Positions 1-10,061 of a DNA stretch of 64,000 nt are shown here, piece after piece (position 1 is the first letter of the stretch; each line of letters opens with the position of its first letter). Below the pieces are notes generated by a model. That model was given only the letters and a program-made list of their open reading frames with translations, had not been told where the DNA came from and searched no databases. Made by a program: the position numbers and the translations under genes. This DNA is from a virus: the IMG/VR virus record IMGVR_UViG_3300020392_000005, one strand, 5' to 3'.

Positions 1-221
1 GGCATTGGGTCAGCCGCACCTTGATTTTTTTGTTGTGCGTCACCTGAAACTGGCTTAACTTTTTTCGTTGCGTCAGGATTACTATCTGTTGGTTTAACAA
101 CAGCAGCACCTAAATCTTCGGCGTCATTTTTTAACGGCGAAGTTTCAGCAGCTACAGCGTTCTTTTTAGGAGCGTCTGGAGCTGTCGCTTCAACAACTTT
201 ATTAGTTTCTGTCTCGGCCAT
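1..221 (-). CDS. Prohead core scaffolding protein gp22-like, N-terminal part (runs off the window)
   Basis: ATG at 221 after AAGGAG; open frame MAETETNKVVEATAPDAPKKN...; sits directly downstream of gp21 as in T4-like gene order; late promoter at 271-278. Confidence 0.65.
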   Translation of the reverse strand, partial: MAETETNKVVEATAPDAPKKNAVAAETSPLKNDAEDLGAAVVKPTDSNPDATKKVKPVSGDAQQKNQGAADPM

Positions 222-270
222 TTGAAGTTCTCCTTAATTTAAAAAAATAATTATTTTTTTCGTTATAATA

Positions 271-278
271 TATTTATA
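271..278 (-). promoter_or_regulatory. T4-type late promoter TATAAATA
   Basis: Exact TATAAATA on the minus strand in the intergenic gap upstream of the gp22-like gene. Confidence 0.75.
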
Positions 279-302
279 AAATTGCGTTCTTTTGTACGCA
301 AA

Positions 303-950
303 TTATAGTTTTTTTAAGAAATCTTTGAATACATTTGCCTTAGCTTCTGCAATTTTCAGTCGTTTTGCTTGTGCTATATACTCTTTATACTCTTCAATCT
401 CTCTTTCTTTTATAACGCCATTGTCCCAAACCCACTCTTTATTCTCCATAATACCTTCTACGAAAGCGTCTGGAGCGCTTGGGTCTGCAACTATATCAGC
501 AGCTGTTGCCAAATAGAAGTCTTTTCCGACTACTGCTTGACCACCTCTACCTCTTTCTAATGAACCCATACCACGACTTGATACGCCTAATTTAGCGCCC
601 TCATCTATAAGATTTTTTACTATCTTACCGTATGGAGTGTCCATTATCTTCGCCTCACCAATAAAATTGTTTCCATCTTCGTGTATATCTGTTATCATAT
701 GAGATACACGCTCAAGGTTTACCGTAGGTCCGTCAGGATGTCCTAACTCGCCGAACGCTCTTTTTTGGTTGACAAATTCTCTATTATATCTACTAACTTC
801 TTTTGCTAGAGTTTCTTTAGGATAAACTCGTCCATTTCTATTTTTGATTTCTGATTGTAAGAAGACACCACGGATTTTGTAATTCTTTTTTCCGCCTACA
901 TCTTCGCATATGTACTCAACATTTTCAACTTGTTCAGTAATTAGTTTCAT
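303..950 (-). CDS. Prohead protease gp21
   Basis: MKLITE start, NRNGRVYP, GELGHP, GVSSRGMGSL and DIVADPSAPDAFV motifs. Confidence 0.96.
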   Translation of the reverse strand: MKLITEQVENVEYICEDVGGKKNYKIRGVFLQSEIKNRNGRVYPKETLAKEVSRYNREFVNQKRAFGELGHPDGPTVNLERVSHMITDIHEDGNNFIGEAKIMDTPYGKIVKNLIDEGAKLGVSSRGMGSLERGRGGQAVVGKDFYLATAADIVADPSAPDAFVEGIMENKEWVWDNGVIKEREIEEYKEYIAQAKRLKIAEAKANVFKDFLKKL

Positions 951-974
951 ATGAATTATCCCTCTCTTTCCTAA

Positions 975-982
975 TATTTATA
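975..982 (-). promoter_or_regulatory. T4-type late promoter TATAAATA
   Basis: Exact motif in the gap upstream of gp21. Confidence 0.75.
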
Positions 983-989
983 ATATTTT

Positions 990-1385
990 TTATCTAAATT
1001 CAACAACTAAAGTATAGTTATCGCCTAACGCAAAGTTTTTAGTTGATAGATGTACTTTTCCGTTAGGTGTTGTTGCATTATTAGGAATATCGTTACCAGC
1101 AGTTCTAAAATCTAGGTATCCGTTACCACTTAATAAAAGTGTAGTAGTGTTCTCCGTTGCACCTCCCCAGGCTAACTCAACTGCTGATTTTGAGTTTGCA
1201 ACATTTATAGAGTACCAGACTTTTGATATTGATTTAGTACCATCAGCGGTCATAAAATTTGAAGTCGCTGGGTCTACTAATACACTATCAGTTTCGCCTG
1301 TACCATCACTATGGTTTGTTCTCTTTACAACAAATTTAACACCTGCTGTATCGGCTACTACCTGCGTTGTAATTGCGTCTGCCAT
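990..1385 (-). CDS. Hypothetical virion-region protein (beta-rich), paralog of 1385..1732
   Basis: 131-aa ORF in the head module; shares KVWYSI...L.G.G...VE pattern with its neighbour. Confidence 0.6.
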   Translation of the reverse strand: MADAITTQVVADTAGVKFVVKRTNHSDGTGETDSVLVDPATSNFMTADGTKSISKVWYSINVANSKSAVELAWGGATENTTTLLLSGNGYLDFRTAGNDIPNNATTPNGKVHLSTKNFALGDNYTLVVEFR

Positions 1386-1732
1386 TATCCTGGATACCTC
1401 TCCGTTTCTTTATGCAGTTCTACTGCCATATTAAATTTACTTACATTAGCATCCGTAGTAATTTTTAACTCGGTTGCTGTATTAAGTTCTTGTTGAGGTA
1501 CTAATCTGGCCTCGCCATTTTTTAAACCCCAATTACCAAAACCTGTAAGTTCTAATGTATCACTTCCTATTGTTAGAGTAGCAGTTCCTGTTCCTCTAAT
1601 CTCATAATATACATTAGCTAGTGAAACGCTTTTATCGGAACTATACAAAGTTCCACTTTCGTTATCAGCGCCACTAGCATTAACAATTGCTTTAGTAGCG
1701 TCATCTGTTTTAGAGACAACACTTAAAGTCAT
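1385..1732 (-). CDS. Hypothetical virion-region protein, paralog of 990..1385
   Basis: 115-aa ORF with TAATG coupling to the next gene; similar motif pattern. Confidence 0.6.
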   Translation of the reverse strand: MTLSVVSKTDDATKAIVNASGADNESGTLYSSDKSVSLANVYYEIRGTGTATLTIGSDTLELTGFGNWGLKNGEARLVPQQELNTATELKITTDANVSKFNMAVELHKETERYPG

Positions 1733-1734
1733 TT

Positions 1735-1971
1735 TTATTCCTCAAAGTATGCTTTAATGTCGTCAGCAGATATACCACTTGCAGCTGCAACTTCATCAAC
1801 TTTAGTTTCAATTATGCTTACTAAATCTTGTGGTTCTGACCAATCAATACCATCTAGTCCTTCAATCAATCCTTTGATAGCGTCTTTTGTTGCAGGCGCC
1901 AAAGCATTGTATCTGTCGTTTCCTAGAAATCCTGATACATTACCAACTATACTTGATACCGTTAATGCCAT
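1735..1971 (-). CDS. Small acidic hypothetical protein in the head module
   Basis: 78-aa ORF tightly packed, with RBS. Confidence 0.55.
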   Translation of the reverse strand: MALTVSSIVGNVSGFLGNDRYNALAPATKDAIKGLIEGLDGIDWSEPQDLVSIIETKVDEVAAASGISADDIKAYFEE

Positions 1972-1973
1972 TT

Positions 1974-2330
1974 TTATTCTCCTGTTTTAACTTCTGTTTC
2001 TGTACTTGTTTCAGGATTATGTGCAGCTTGCACTTCGTCCTGTGTAGCTTGTGCCGTAAACGGTTCCGCAACTTCTGGTTTTGGATCCGAGTGAGGTTGT
2101 GCTGTATCTACTGCTACTTCAGTTGCACCATCAGACGGAGTTCCAGTCATAACATCTCTAGCGGCATTGAAAAGATTACTTGCATATTCTTTTCTACCTG
2201 TATCTAAAGCGTCACCAACTTTATCTCTCATTGCGTCTTTAAATGCTTCACCAGCACCTGTATTATCTCCACTTGCAAGTTTATCAACAAATGTTTCTAC
2301 ATTACTTGGTTGTTTTTCATTATCAGCCAT
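1974..2330 (-). CDS. Prohead core protein (gp67-like)
   Basis: Acidic 118 aa directly after the portal; GD...A.EAFKDAM.DKV.DALD pattern typical of this position. Confidence 0.6.
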   Translation of the reverse strand: MADNEKQPSNVETFVDKLASGDNTGAGEAFKDAMRDKVGDALDTGRKEYASNLFNAARDVMTGTPSDGATEVAVDTAQPHSDPKPEVAEPFTAQATQDEVQAAHNPETSTETEVKTGE

Positions 2331-2340
2331 ATTATTTCTC

Positions 2341-3867
2341 CTATATTATTTCGTCTGGTTCATTGCCTGACACACTAGTTTGTGGACTTGCAATAATACC
2401 ATCATCAATTTCTCTTTTGATTTCGTTATCAATGTCAGATATTTCTCTTTCAGATTGTTTCAATATGTTTTTTCTAACATAGTTGACTGAAAAATATTTA
2501 CCAACATAGTCTCTTACATCATTAGCAAGAGCAATTCTTTCTCTTAATAACTCAGCGTTTTTAAGTTCGCTGAAATGACCATCGGCAAGAAAATCATATT
2601 TGATTTTCTCTTTCATATCTATCCAATCGTCATCATTGATTATTGATTTAAGAACCAATTGAGTTCTTAATAAATCATTAAACAATTCTGTAAATTTCTT
2701 TCTTAATCTTTGTACAAACTTTGTAAATTTAAGTTCGTCTCTAGTTATCTCGGTACTTCTACCTAGATTGAAACCTTGACTACTTTCTAATCTACTAATA
2801 GGTACATTTAGAGAACGATATAGTTTTCTTTGGAAGTATTCTATATCTGCAACTTCACCTAGGTTTTGACCACCAGGTAATGTAGATATATCAGTTCCTC
2901 TACCACCTTCTCTACTAGGTAACCAAAAGTCTTCAAGCATAGACATATAGTTTCTATCGTCTCTAATCTCTCCTGTACTTGCGTCATAGACAAGTTTGTT
3001 TCTGTATCTTGCCATAACATCACGGAGATATTGCTCTGCTTTTACTTTAGGTAAGTTACCTACATCAATCTTAAATATTCTTCTTTCAGGTGCTCTTGCA
3101 ATTCTGTAAATAACAACAGCGTCTTCAATCATACGCAATTGATTTACAGGTTTGATTGCCTTATGTAAATAAGACATAACCATATTTTTGTTCAAGTCTA
3201 CTAAACCACTTGGACAAAAAGATATAGCGTCTGGTGCAATCTTAATACCACCACTTGCCATACCAGGTCCTGCAACACCTTTTTCATTGTATAAAAAGTA
3301 TTCGTTATAGTCGTGTACCACTTGTATGTTTGCCATAGCAACTGGACGACCTTTTTTAATTTCTCTTAACTTCTTAATCTTTCTAGGGTCTATGTATCGT
3401 AATTCAGTAATACCCTTAACTGGACTTTCTCTATCAATAATCTTATGATAGTATATTCTTCCGTCTACATACCATCTACGAAAGATATCGTGTCCTCTTG
3501 TAGAAAAATTAAGTAGTCTTAATATTTCTTTAAATTCATCTTCAATTTTTCGTTTAATTGCACTTGAAAGTGTTGTATCAGATAAGTCAACTCTAACTGG
3601 ATCCTTATCAATTTCATTTGCCACTATGGCTTCGTTTACGATATCCTCTATGGCCATATCGCACTCTGGATGAATTGATACCTCTCTATATCTCCTAATT
3701 AAGTCTTGCTCAGTTTTCGCCGTACCTTCCATATCAAGGTACTGACCAAAATAACCTCCAGCGGCGACGGTTTGTGTACCGTCATCCGCTTTAGGTTGAG
3801 TAAAACTTTGTTTAGGGTCTACTTTAGGTTTAGTTCTAGTTATCTGAAAACCGAAAAGCTCTGCCAT
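2341..3867 (-). CDS. Portal vertex protein gp20
   Basis: MAELFGF, RRWYVDGR, YRIARAPERRIFKIDVGNLP and EDFWLPSREGGRGT motifs. Confidence 0.98.
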   Translation of the reverse strand: MAELFGFQITRTKPKVDPKQSFTQPKADDGTQTVAAGGYFGQYLDMEGTAKTEQDLIRRYREVSIHPECDMAIEDIVNEAIVANEIDKDPVRVDLSDTTLSSAIKRKIEDEFKEILRLLNFSTRGHDIFRRWYVDGRIYYHKIIDRESPVKGITELRYIDPRKIKKLREIKKGRPVAMANIQVVHDYNEYFLYNEKGVAGPGMASGGIKIAPDAISFCPSGLVDLNKNMVMSYLHKAIKPVNQLRMIEDAVVIYRIARAPERRIFKIDVGNLPKVKAEQYLRDVMARYRNKLVYDASTGEIRDDRNYMSMLEDFWLPSREGGRGTDISTLPGGQNLGEVADIEYFQRKLYRSLNVPISRLESSQGFNLGRSTEITRDELKFTKFVQRLRKKFTELFNDLLRTQLVLKSIINDDDWIDMKEKIKYDFLADGHFSELKNAELLRERIALANDVRDYVGKYFSVNYVRKNILKQSEREISDIDNEIKREIDDGIIASPQTSVSGNEPDEII

Positions 3868-3906
3868 TTTATATCCTCAAAGTTTTATTATATATTTAGT
3901 CTACTA

Positions 3907-4434
3907 TTAAGTAGTTGTTCTTGCTTCAAAGAACAAGTATCTAAACGATACTTCAAAAGTTTCAACTGCTTCTGTCGGTTCCATAGACAAGTCTATCGCA
4001 CCAATAGATACTGGAAAGCATCCTCTTAATGTGTAAGACTTAATCGTGCCACCATTTCTGTCAAGGTGGTCAATAAAAGCGTCAACTTGATAGTCTGCTG
4101 GATTTACTAATCCTTCGTTATCAGACATATTGTTGATACCATTTTGCCATCTTTCAAAAGCGTCTCTTAATTTAAAGTTTGTATCGTTAAGTACCGTTAT
4201 GTTCCAAGGTTCAAAAGTTCTATCAGCTGCAAGATATATTGGTCTACCACGGAAGTTAACCGTTGTTGTACCGATACTCATAGCAGGAATAGAAGTTGCA
4301 TTACATAAGAACGCTAACTCTTCTGTTTCTCCACCAACTTGGGCGTAACCAGGAAAAGGCATTGTAACCTTAAACTGATTGGCTCTTGCGCCGCCGCCAG
4401 TAAGTTTAGTTTTGAAGTCATTAATGTTTGCCAT
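3907..4434 (-). CDS. Tail tube protein gp19
   Basis: GGARANQF, FRGR...DRTFEPW.ITV.ND and FP.SIGAIDL motifs; lies between sheath and portal. Confidence 0.95.
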   Translation of the reverse strand: MANINDFKTKLTGGGARANQFKVTMPFPGYAQVGGETEELAFLCNATSIPAMSIGTTTVNFRGRPIYLAADRTFEPWNITVLNDTNFKLRDAFERWQNGINNMSDNEGLVNPADYQVDAFIDHLDRNGGTIKSYTLRGCFPVSIGAIDLSMEPTEAVETFEVSFRYLFFEARTTT

Positions 4435-4455
4435 TGTTTATTTTCCTCTCTACTA

Positions 4456-6390
4456 TTAACCTGCTATCTCTTCAAAAGAGACACCAGTTCTGGTTGCAAC
4501 GAAAGATAAAGTGATAAAGTTGATACTTCTTGCTGGTTTTACAAAAATCTCAGCAATAAATTCGTTTCTATCAATTACTTCGCCTGTGTTGTTTGTTTCA
4601 TCACACACTACTAAAAAGTCTGTGATACCTCGTCTACCTTGTACTTCTCTTAGGAAAGGTTCTACTAGGTTTCTAAAGTTCGCTCTTGTAAACTCGTCAT
4701 TAAATTCAAAGAGTTGGAATTTAGAAGCTGTCGCAATCGCCTTTTCTAAAACGATAAACAATCTTCTTACATTTATTCTATCAAACGCAGAAGGTTTTGC
4801 CAATCCAGTTTTGTCTCCGAAAAGAACAATACCTTGACCTGGGAATGAAACAACTGGGTTTATTCTCGCTCTGTATAGTTCGTCTCTTTGAGTTTTATTT
4901 GGATTGTAAGCAAGTTTACTAGCACCTCTAATAATACCTCTGTTTAATCCTGCAGGACTAAACCAAGCGTCATTAGTTAAATCAGTTCTAGCAGCCAAGC
5001 CAGCCATATCTCCGTTTAGCGGAACATATCTGAATACATCATTGTATCTGTCGTACATATATTTGTAACCACTATCAAATATTACATATGAAGATGATTG
5101 TATTGCATTGAAGAAAGCAAGTACATTGTTTGTTTGATTGATAGCTGATGTAATACCTACTACATCGCTTCTTTGTGGACTTGCAAATACAACAGCGTCT
5201 TTTCTTGTTTCAGCGATTGTAATTAAATCACCGATTAAAGTTGCTGAAGCGTTACCAGCCATTATCAAACTAACATCTACGGATTCACTATCTTGGAATA
5301 ATTCAAACGCAGACTTTCTAACACCGTCAGTTGCCGTACCATCATCACCACCTGCGAAAGATAATGCGATAGGAGCGGTAACATCTGTAAATGTTTTACC
5401 TGCTTTTGCGTCTCCCCAATTTGTTCCGTTAGAGTTGTGGTCTCCCCAATAAATCATACCAGATTTTCTGTATATGACTTCTGGATAGAAGTTGTTATTT
5501 CCACTTGCGTCTTTAGCGTCTTTAGCTTTTGAAACACCTTCAAAAACTTCTAACACTTCGCCTTTTGTTCCGTTTATAGTACCATCGGCGTCTACTACGA
5601 TAATGTGCATTTCGTCATTAGAACCACCAGCAGCAGATACATCTGGAGAAGTTCCTGGAGCACCAGACACTTGGTCATAGTACTTCCATCTTCTTCTTAC
5701 ATTTGCACCGTTTGTGATAACTCTACTTAATCCGCCAGTACCAACACTTTTCTTTAATGTGATATCGTTAGAAGAAACTTGCGTTACCTCGTACTCAACA
5801 CCATCATCATAGTCGTTAGTTCCTGCAGAAGTTGAAAAAGCGATAATATCGCCTACACCTATATTAGTTCCACTTGTAACCGTAATTGTAGTGTCACCCA
5901 CAGAAACAGCACTATCGTTAACGGTTGTTACCGCAACGGCTTCATATGCTGTAGCTGAAGGACAAACAGAAACTTCTAAACTATTTCCGTATGCACCAGC
6001 AAATCTTGCTACAAATTCTACGCCAGAGATACCAGTATACGCACCACTAGCTAAATAACTAGTGTTATAATCATTTGTATTTCTCACCAATAAAGCTGTA
6101 CCAGAGTTGGTAACAGCGTTCTTAATACCTGTATTTTCAGTTCGTACAACTTTTAAGGCGTTTGAGTATTGCAGAAAAGATGAAGCAGTAAAATACTCTT
6201 CAAAATTATCTGTTGTCGGTTTACCAAACAAACTTACTAGGTCTTGTTCATTAGAGATTAATGTAATCTCTCCAACTGGTCCTCTTTTAGCACTAAAAGC
6301 GTATGCGCCAATGCTAGTAGAAACAGCAGGAACTATGTTAGTAAGGTCCTTTTCTTGTACGAGAACCCCAGGTGATACTTGAAATGCCAT
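4456..6390 (-). CDS. Tail sheath protein gp18
   Basis: SPGVLVQEKDLT, WFSPAG.NRG, FDRINVRRLF and FEFNDEFTR motifs. Confidence 0.98.
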   Translation of the reverse strand: MAFQVSPGVLVQEKDLTNIVPAVSTSIGAYAFSAKRGPVGEITLISNEQDLVSLFGKPTTDNFEEYFTASSFLQYSNALKVVRTENTGIKNAVTNSGTALLVRNTNDYNTSYLASGAYTGISGVEFVARFAGAYGNSLEVSVCPSATAYEAVAVTTVNDSAVSVGDTTITVTSGTNIGVGDIIAFSTSAGTNDYDDGVEYEVTQVSSNDITLKKSVGTGGLSRVITNGANVRRRWKYYDQVSGAPGTSPDVSAAGGSNDEMHIIVVDADGTINGTKGEVLEVFEGVSKAKDAKDASGNNNFYPEVIYRKSGMIYWGDHNSNGTNWGDAKAGKTFTDVTAPIALSFAGGDDGTATDGVRKSAFELFQDSESVDVSLIMAGNASATLIGDLITIAETRKDAVVFASPQRSDVVGITSAINQTNNVLAFFNAIQSSSYVIFDSGYKYMYDRYNDVFRYVPLNGDMAGLAARTDLTNDAWFSPAGLNRGIIRGASKLAYNPNKTQRDELYRARINPVVSFPGQGIVLFGDKTGLAKPSAFDRINVRRLFIVLEKAIATASKFQLFEFNDEFTRANFRNLVEPFLREVQGRRGITDFLVVCDETNNTGEVIDRNEFIAEIFVKPARSINFITLSFVATRTGVSFEEIAG

Positions 6391-6414
6391 TAGGTTTCTC
6401 CTCTATTTGTTATT

Positions 6415-6434
6415 TGTATTTAAATTTAAATACA
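6415..6434. repeat. Perfect 20-bp palindrome TGTATTTAAATTTAAATACA in the gp18 leader
   Basis: Self-reverse-complementary sequence in the gp17-gp18 intergenic gap. Confidence 0.6.
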
Positions 6435-6525
6435 TAATGTTTCCTTTTAGTTCAAAATTCGTATTATTCATACGCCCATTGCAAATTTTCTCAATCAATA
6501 CTATTTATTATATGCCATTCCTACA

Positions 6526-8163
6526 CTAGTTACCTTTGCGTACAACAGGATGCCAGACCGTTCCATACTCATCAACGGTGGGTTTTTCCTCTTCAGGAGT
6601 GCCATCATCTACGAATCCAAAAGGTGCCATATCCTGCTCTATGAGTTTTTCCTGTTCTCTATACATTTCTGCTCGTATATTTCTATCGGTCATTTCTTTA
6701 AAGTATCTTTGATTGACTAACCAACCGAATATTACGAGACAGGTCATAAGGTCATCATTACAACCTTCTTCTGCTTGCCAAGATTGATTTTTTCTGACAA
6801 AGGTTGACATTTCTTCTATAATTTTAAAATCATTGATAACAAGTTTATCTGCTTCAATGATTGCTTTGATATTTGCAGTTCCCATTTTCTTAATCTGTTT
6901 AGTCATACGAACACCTAGTTGTGAACCTCTTTGACTAAACATTGCACCTAGTATCTGACCTGCTCTACCTTTTTGAGTAGTCATTAATATATTATCATAC
7001 TCTATCTCAAAGTGTAGACCATCAGATATCTGAGCGCCAATATCATTTACTTCAACAAGTATATGTGCCTTGTTATATTGACTACATACTTTCGCAATCA
7101 TTTCAGGAAACAATATTGGTTTTAATTCATTATCTCTAAATGTTGCAACTACTCTATAAGGTAGTTGGGTTACATCATAGATTATAAACGCTGAATAATC
7201 TTTTAATGTACCACGAGCAACATCAACACAAGCAACATAAGTGTTACCTTTTATTGGTTTCTCAAAGATACTTAATCGTCCATTTGTTTGTAATGGTGTT
7301 ATATACGGTGTCGCTTTAATCTTCGCAGGACTGATTAATGTATCTACTGAACCTAAAAACTCACACTCAAATTCACTTGCGAATTGAGTAGCACTTGTAT
7401 TTCTTATTGTTTCTTCTTTCCACTTTTCGTCTCTACCTGGTACTTCTGACCAATGTACTTCCATAGGTACATAGTCATTGTTTTTATTTTCAGCGTCTAC
7501 CCATAGTTTGTAAAACTGGTTCATACCATAAGGAGTAGAAACGATAATAACTTTTGTTTTCTGACCTGAAGTAATCGTAGGATAAACAGACGAGAAAAAC
7601 TGCTCAGCGATTGTAGTAGGTACGAAAGCAAACTCATCTAAAAATATTATGTTGTATGAACCTCCTCGTATCGCACTTGAAGAAGTTGCGGCTGCAACAA
7701 TTTTAGATTTGTTTTCTAATTCTATATTACCTTTGTTCCAGTTGATTACACCTTGTTGTAACCATTTAGGTAAGTTCTCATATGCAAGTTGTAGTCTACC
7801 TAGTATATCTCTAGCAGTTGAAGACTTGTTGGCAAGTATCGCTATGTTAGAGTTAGGATTAAATATTGCATAATGTAATAAGTAAGATATGATAGTTGTA
7901 GACTTACCACTTTGTCTAGGCAACTTGTAAATAGTAAATCTATTTTTGTGCATATTAGTAATCATCTTGTCCTGAAACTTATATGTCTTAAATGGTATAA
8001 GTCCTTCGTCAAGTGAAACTATCTGTACATAGTTCTTAATAAAATATAAAGGGTCTTCTTCACACCTTTTAAATTCTACAATCTGCTCTTCTGTAAATTC
8101 AATAGGTGTATTGACTTTCTTTAAATTAGGATTACCTAGATATGCGTCTGAAAAATTATTCAT
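6526..8163 (-). CDS. Terminase large subunit gp17
   Basis: YLGNPNLK, Walker A PRQSGKST, Walker B IFLDEFAF, VSTPYG and nuclease DDLM motifs. Confidence 0.98.
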   Translation of the reverse strand: MNNFSDAYLGNPNLKKVNTPIEFTEEQIVEFKRCEEDPLYFIKNYVQIVSLDEGLIPFKTYKFQDKMITNMHKNRFTIYKLPRQSGKSTTIISYLLHYAIFNPNSNIAILANKSSTARDILGRLQLAYENLPKWLQQGVINWNKGNIELENKSKIVAAATSSSAIRGGSYNIIFLDEFAFVPTTIAEQFFSSVYPTITSGQKTKVIIVSTPYGMNQFYKLWVDAENKNNDYVPMEVHWSEVPGRDEKWKEETIRNTSATQFASEFECEFLGSVDTLISPAKIKATPYITPLQTNGRLSIFEKPIKGNTYVACVDVARGTLKDYSAFIIYDVTQLPYRVVATFRDNELKPILFPEMIAKVCSQYNKAHILVEVNDIGAQISDGLHFEIEYDNILMTTQKGRAGQILGAMFSQRGSQLGVRMTKQIKKMGTANIKAIIEADKLVINDFKIIEEMSTFVRKNQSWQAEEGCNDDLMTCLVIFGWLVNQRYFKEMTDRNIRAEMYREQEKLIEQDMAPFGFVDDGTPEEEKPTVDEYGTVWHPVVRKGN

Positions 8164-8611
8164 CTTTTTTCTTCTCTGGTGTAATATCTTTTATATCTTT
8201 ATCTTTTATCATCTTTTGTAATTCAGTCGTACTACCTACAAATAATGCGTTCTTAATTTGAGGACTTGCACTTTTAGGTAGTTCTTTCAAGTCTTTTAAT
8301 TTCTTATTTAAATCTTGTAGTTTGTCAACGGTGTCTGCTACATTTTTGATACCTGCTAATGCAACTTCATATGCTCTAGGGTGTTGACCTTCTTTTGCAA
8401 CATCAAGTATACCTTGTATCGCCTCTTGTCCTTTTTCAATTAGATTATAATAGTATTCTCTACTATTCTTATGGTCATTATCCACATCTTGCTTTTCTTT
8501 ATCTTCTTCTCTAGCAACAGGTGGTTTAAATTCTTTTTGTTGCATAAGTTCAGCGTTAGGTTTACTTTCTACACCTAATATTTCGTTTACTCTATCTTCT
8601 AGTTTGCCCAT
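8156..8611 (-). CDS. Terminase small subunit gp16
   Basis: HPRAYEV and NALFVGSTTELQK motifs; adjacent to gp17. Confidence 0.93.
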   Translation of the reverse strand: MGKLEDRVNEILGVESKPNAELMQQKEFKPPVAREEDKEKQDVDNDHKNSREYYYNLIEKGQEAIQGILDVAKEGQHPRAYEVALAGIKNVADTVDKLQDLNKKLKDLKELPKSASPQIKNALFVGSTTELQKMIKDKDIKDITPEKKKDE

Positions 8612-8612
8612 T

Positions 8613-9230
8613 TTATCTTACCGTAAAGTTTGCGTTTAATACTATTCTCCAGTTTGAGTGAATTGGTAATGATGAAGTGTGAAATATATTACCTTTAAAC
8701 ATAACAGCAGTATTGTTTTTAGGTGCCACTTTTTCTCTTATTGTAAGTTGTCTATCTTTTACAAACTTACCATCAAACTTCTCATTAAAAAATACCGTAT
8801 CACCATCGCTATCTTCAGGATAGTAAATTAAATTCCATTGATTATCTTCTAATCCCCATTTAGTATCATCAATATGAGGTACATTATATTGACCTTCTCT
8901 AAATCTAGGATGTGGCATTAGTAAATTAAATTTTAATCTTAATACATCATCAACTTCGTAACCACATTTTTGAACCATAACTTTTAGAGACCTATATACA
9001 CTATCATATGCAGGAGACATAGGTGTTTGTTGAATTGTTTTATTTAAAATTAAATGTGTGAATTGCATAGTTCTAAAACTATTCTTATCGTCAACTACGC
9101 CAGGGTTGTCTCTAAACTGCTCATCATAAATGTCCTTCGCAATAAACCAACCACAATTAAATATATTTTGTTTATACTCTATATCTAAATCATCTGGTAA
9201 AGCATTGTCTATCTTTATTATATCGTTCAT
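8613..9230 (-). CDS. 2OG-Fe(II) oxygenase family protein
   Basis: PHID (HxD), IYY...DGDTVFF, distal His in FHTSS, RIVLN. Confidence 0.8.
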   Translation of the reverse strand: MNDIIKIDNALPDDLDIEYKQNIFNCGWFIAKDIYDEQFRDNPGVVDDKNSFRTMQFTHLILNKTIQQTPMSPAYDSVYRSLKVMVQKCGYEVDDVLRLKFNLLMPHPRFREGQYNVPHIDDTKWGLEDNQWNLIYYPEDSDGDTVFFNEKFDGKFVKDRQLTIREKVAPKNNTAVMFKGNIFHTSSLPIHSNWRIVLNANFTVR

Positions 9231-9245
9231 CTTTTCCTCTCATAA

Positions 9246-10061
9246 TTATTCATCGCTTCCTGTTGAAGGATTATATCTCTTTATATCAGTAAAGAAATCA
9301 ATAGAAGTTGTGAAACCAAAATCATCACCAGGTTTTGCACTTGCAGGATTAGGTGTGATTACTATTCTTTCATTTCTTGCTAAAGGTTCATCTGTACTAG
9401 AACCTAAATCTGTTTGTACTTTTCTTACAACACCTTGACTTGTTTGTGGACCATATAGATAAGTCTTTGCTGTAAATGACATAGTATATATAACTGCTCT
9501 TCGTGTGTTAAAATCACCATCATAATTATCTTCGTAATTTATATCACCTAATACAATAGGTACATCACGCTTGATATTCATTTTAGGTATCATATTAATT
9601 GTAACCGTATAATCAGGTTGAAAGAACGGAACAATCTGTTCAACTATTTGTAAACCATTTTCAGCAGTTGCTGTAAATATATAAAGTTGATATGTGATAT
9701 TATAAGGCACAGGATTATAACTAAAGACCATCTTATTAGTCTGGTCACTAGAAGAACCATCTGTCTTTTGTGTTCTAATTCTTTCTATCTTATTTAATTT
9801 CCTACTTGCGTCATATTCTAAATTCGTAATCTGAAAACCCATACGAGGTAATATAGTAGAAAATTGTTGGTCTTGTAAATCAGGTTGTTGTGTTAGTCTT
9901 ACAATAAACTTTTCTTTAGGTGCATATGCTAGAGGCACTTTAAATCTTTTAACAACACTATCATTTGCGTCTTTAGTCTGTACAATGATATCATTAAATA
10001 TCTGACCAAACGCAATTGTTAGTCTTCTTAAACCTTCGTTGTAAAAATGTGTACCGAACAT
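9246..10061 (-). CDS. Tail sheath stabiliser/terminator gp15
   Basis: FG..FNDI, VPLAYAPKEKF, LPRMGF and QIVEQIVPFFQP motifs. Confidence 0.95.
   Translation of the reverse strand: MFGTHFYNEGLRRLTIAFGQIFNDIIVQTKDANDSVVKRFKVPLAYAPKEKFIVRLTQQPDLQDQQFSTILPRMGFQITNLEYDASRKLNKIERIRTQKTDGSSSDQTNKMVFSYNPVPYNITYQLYIFTATAENGLQIVEQIVPFFQPDYTVTINMIPKMNIKRDVPIVLGDINYEDNYDGDFNTRRAVIYTMSFTAKTYLYGPQTSQGVVRKVQTDLGSSTDEPLARNERIVITPNPASAKPGDDFGFTTSIDFFTDIKRYNPSTGSDE

Noticed and set aside
6526-8163. Intein or intron in terminase (also checked portal and sheath)
   Set aside because: Lengths are normal and the motifs are contiguous; no splicing or homing-endonuclease motifs.
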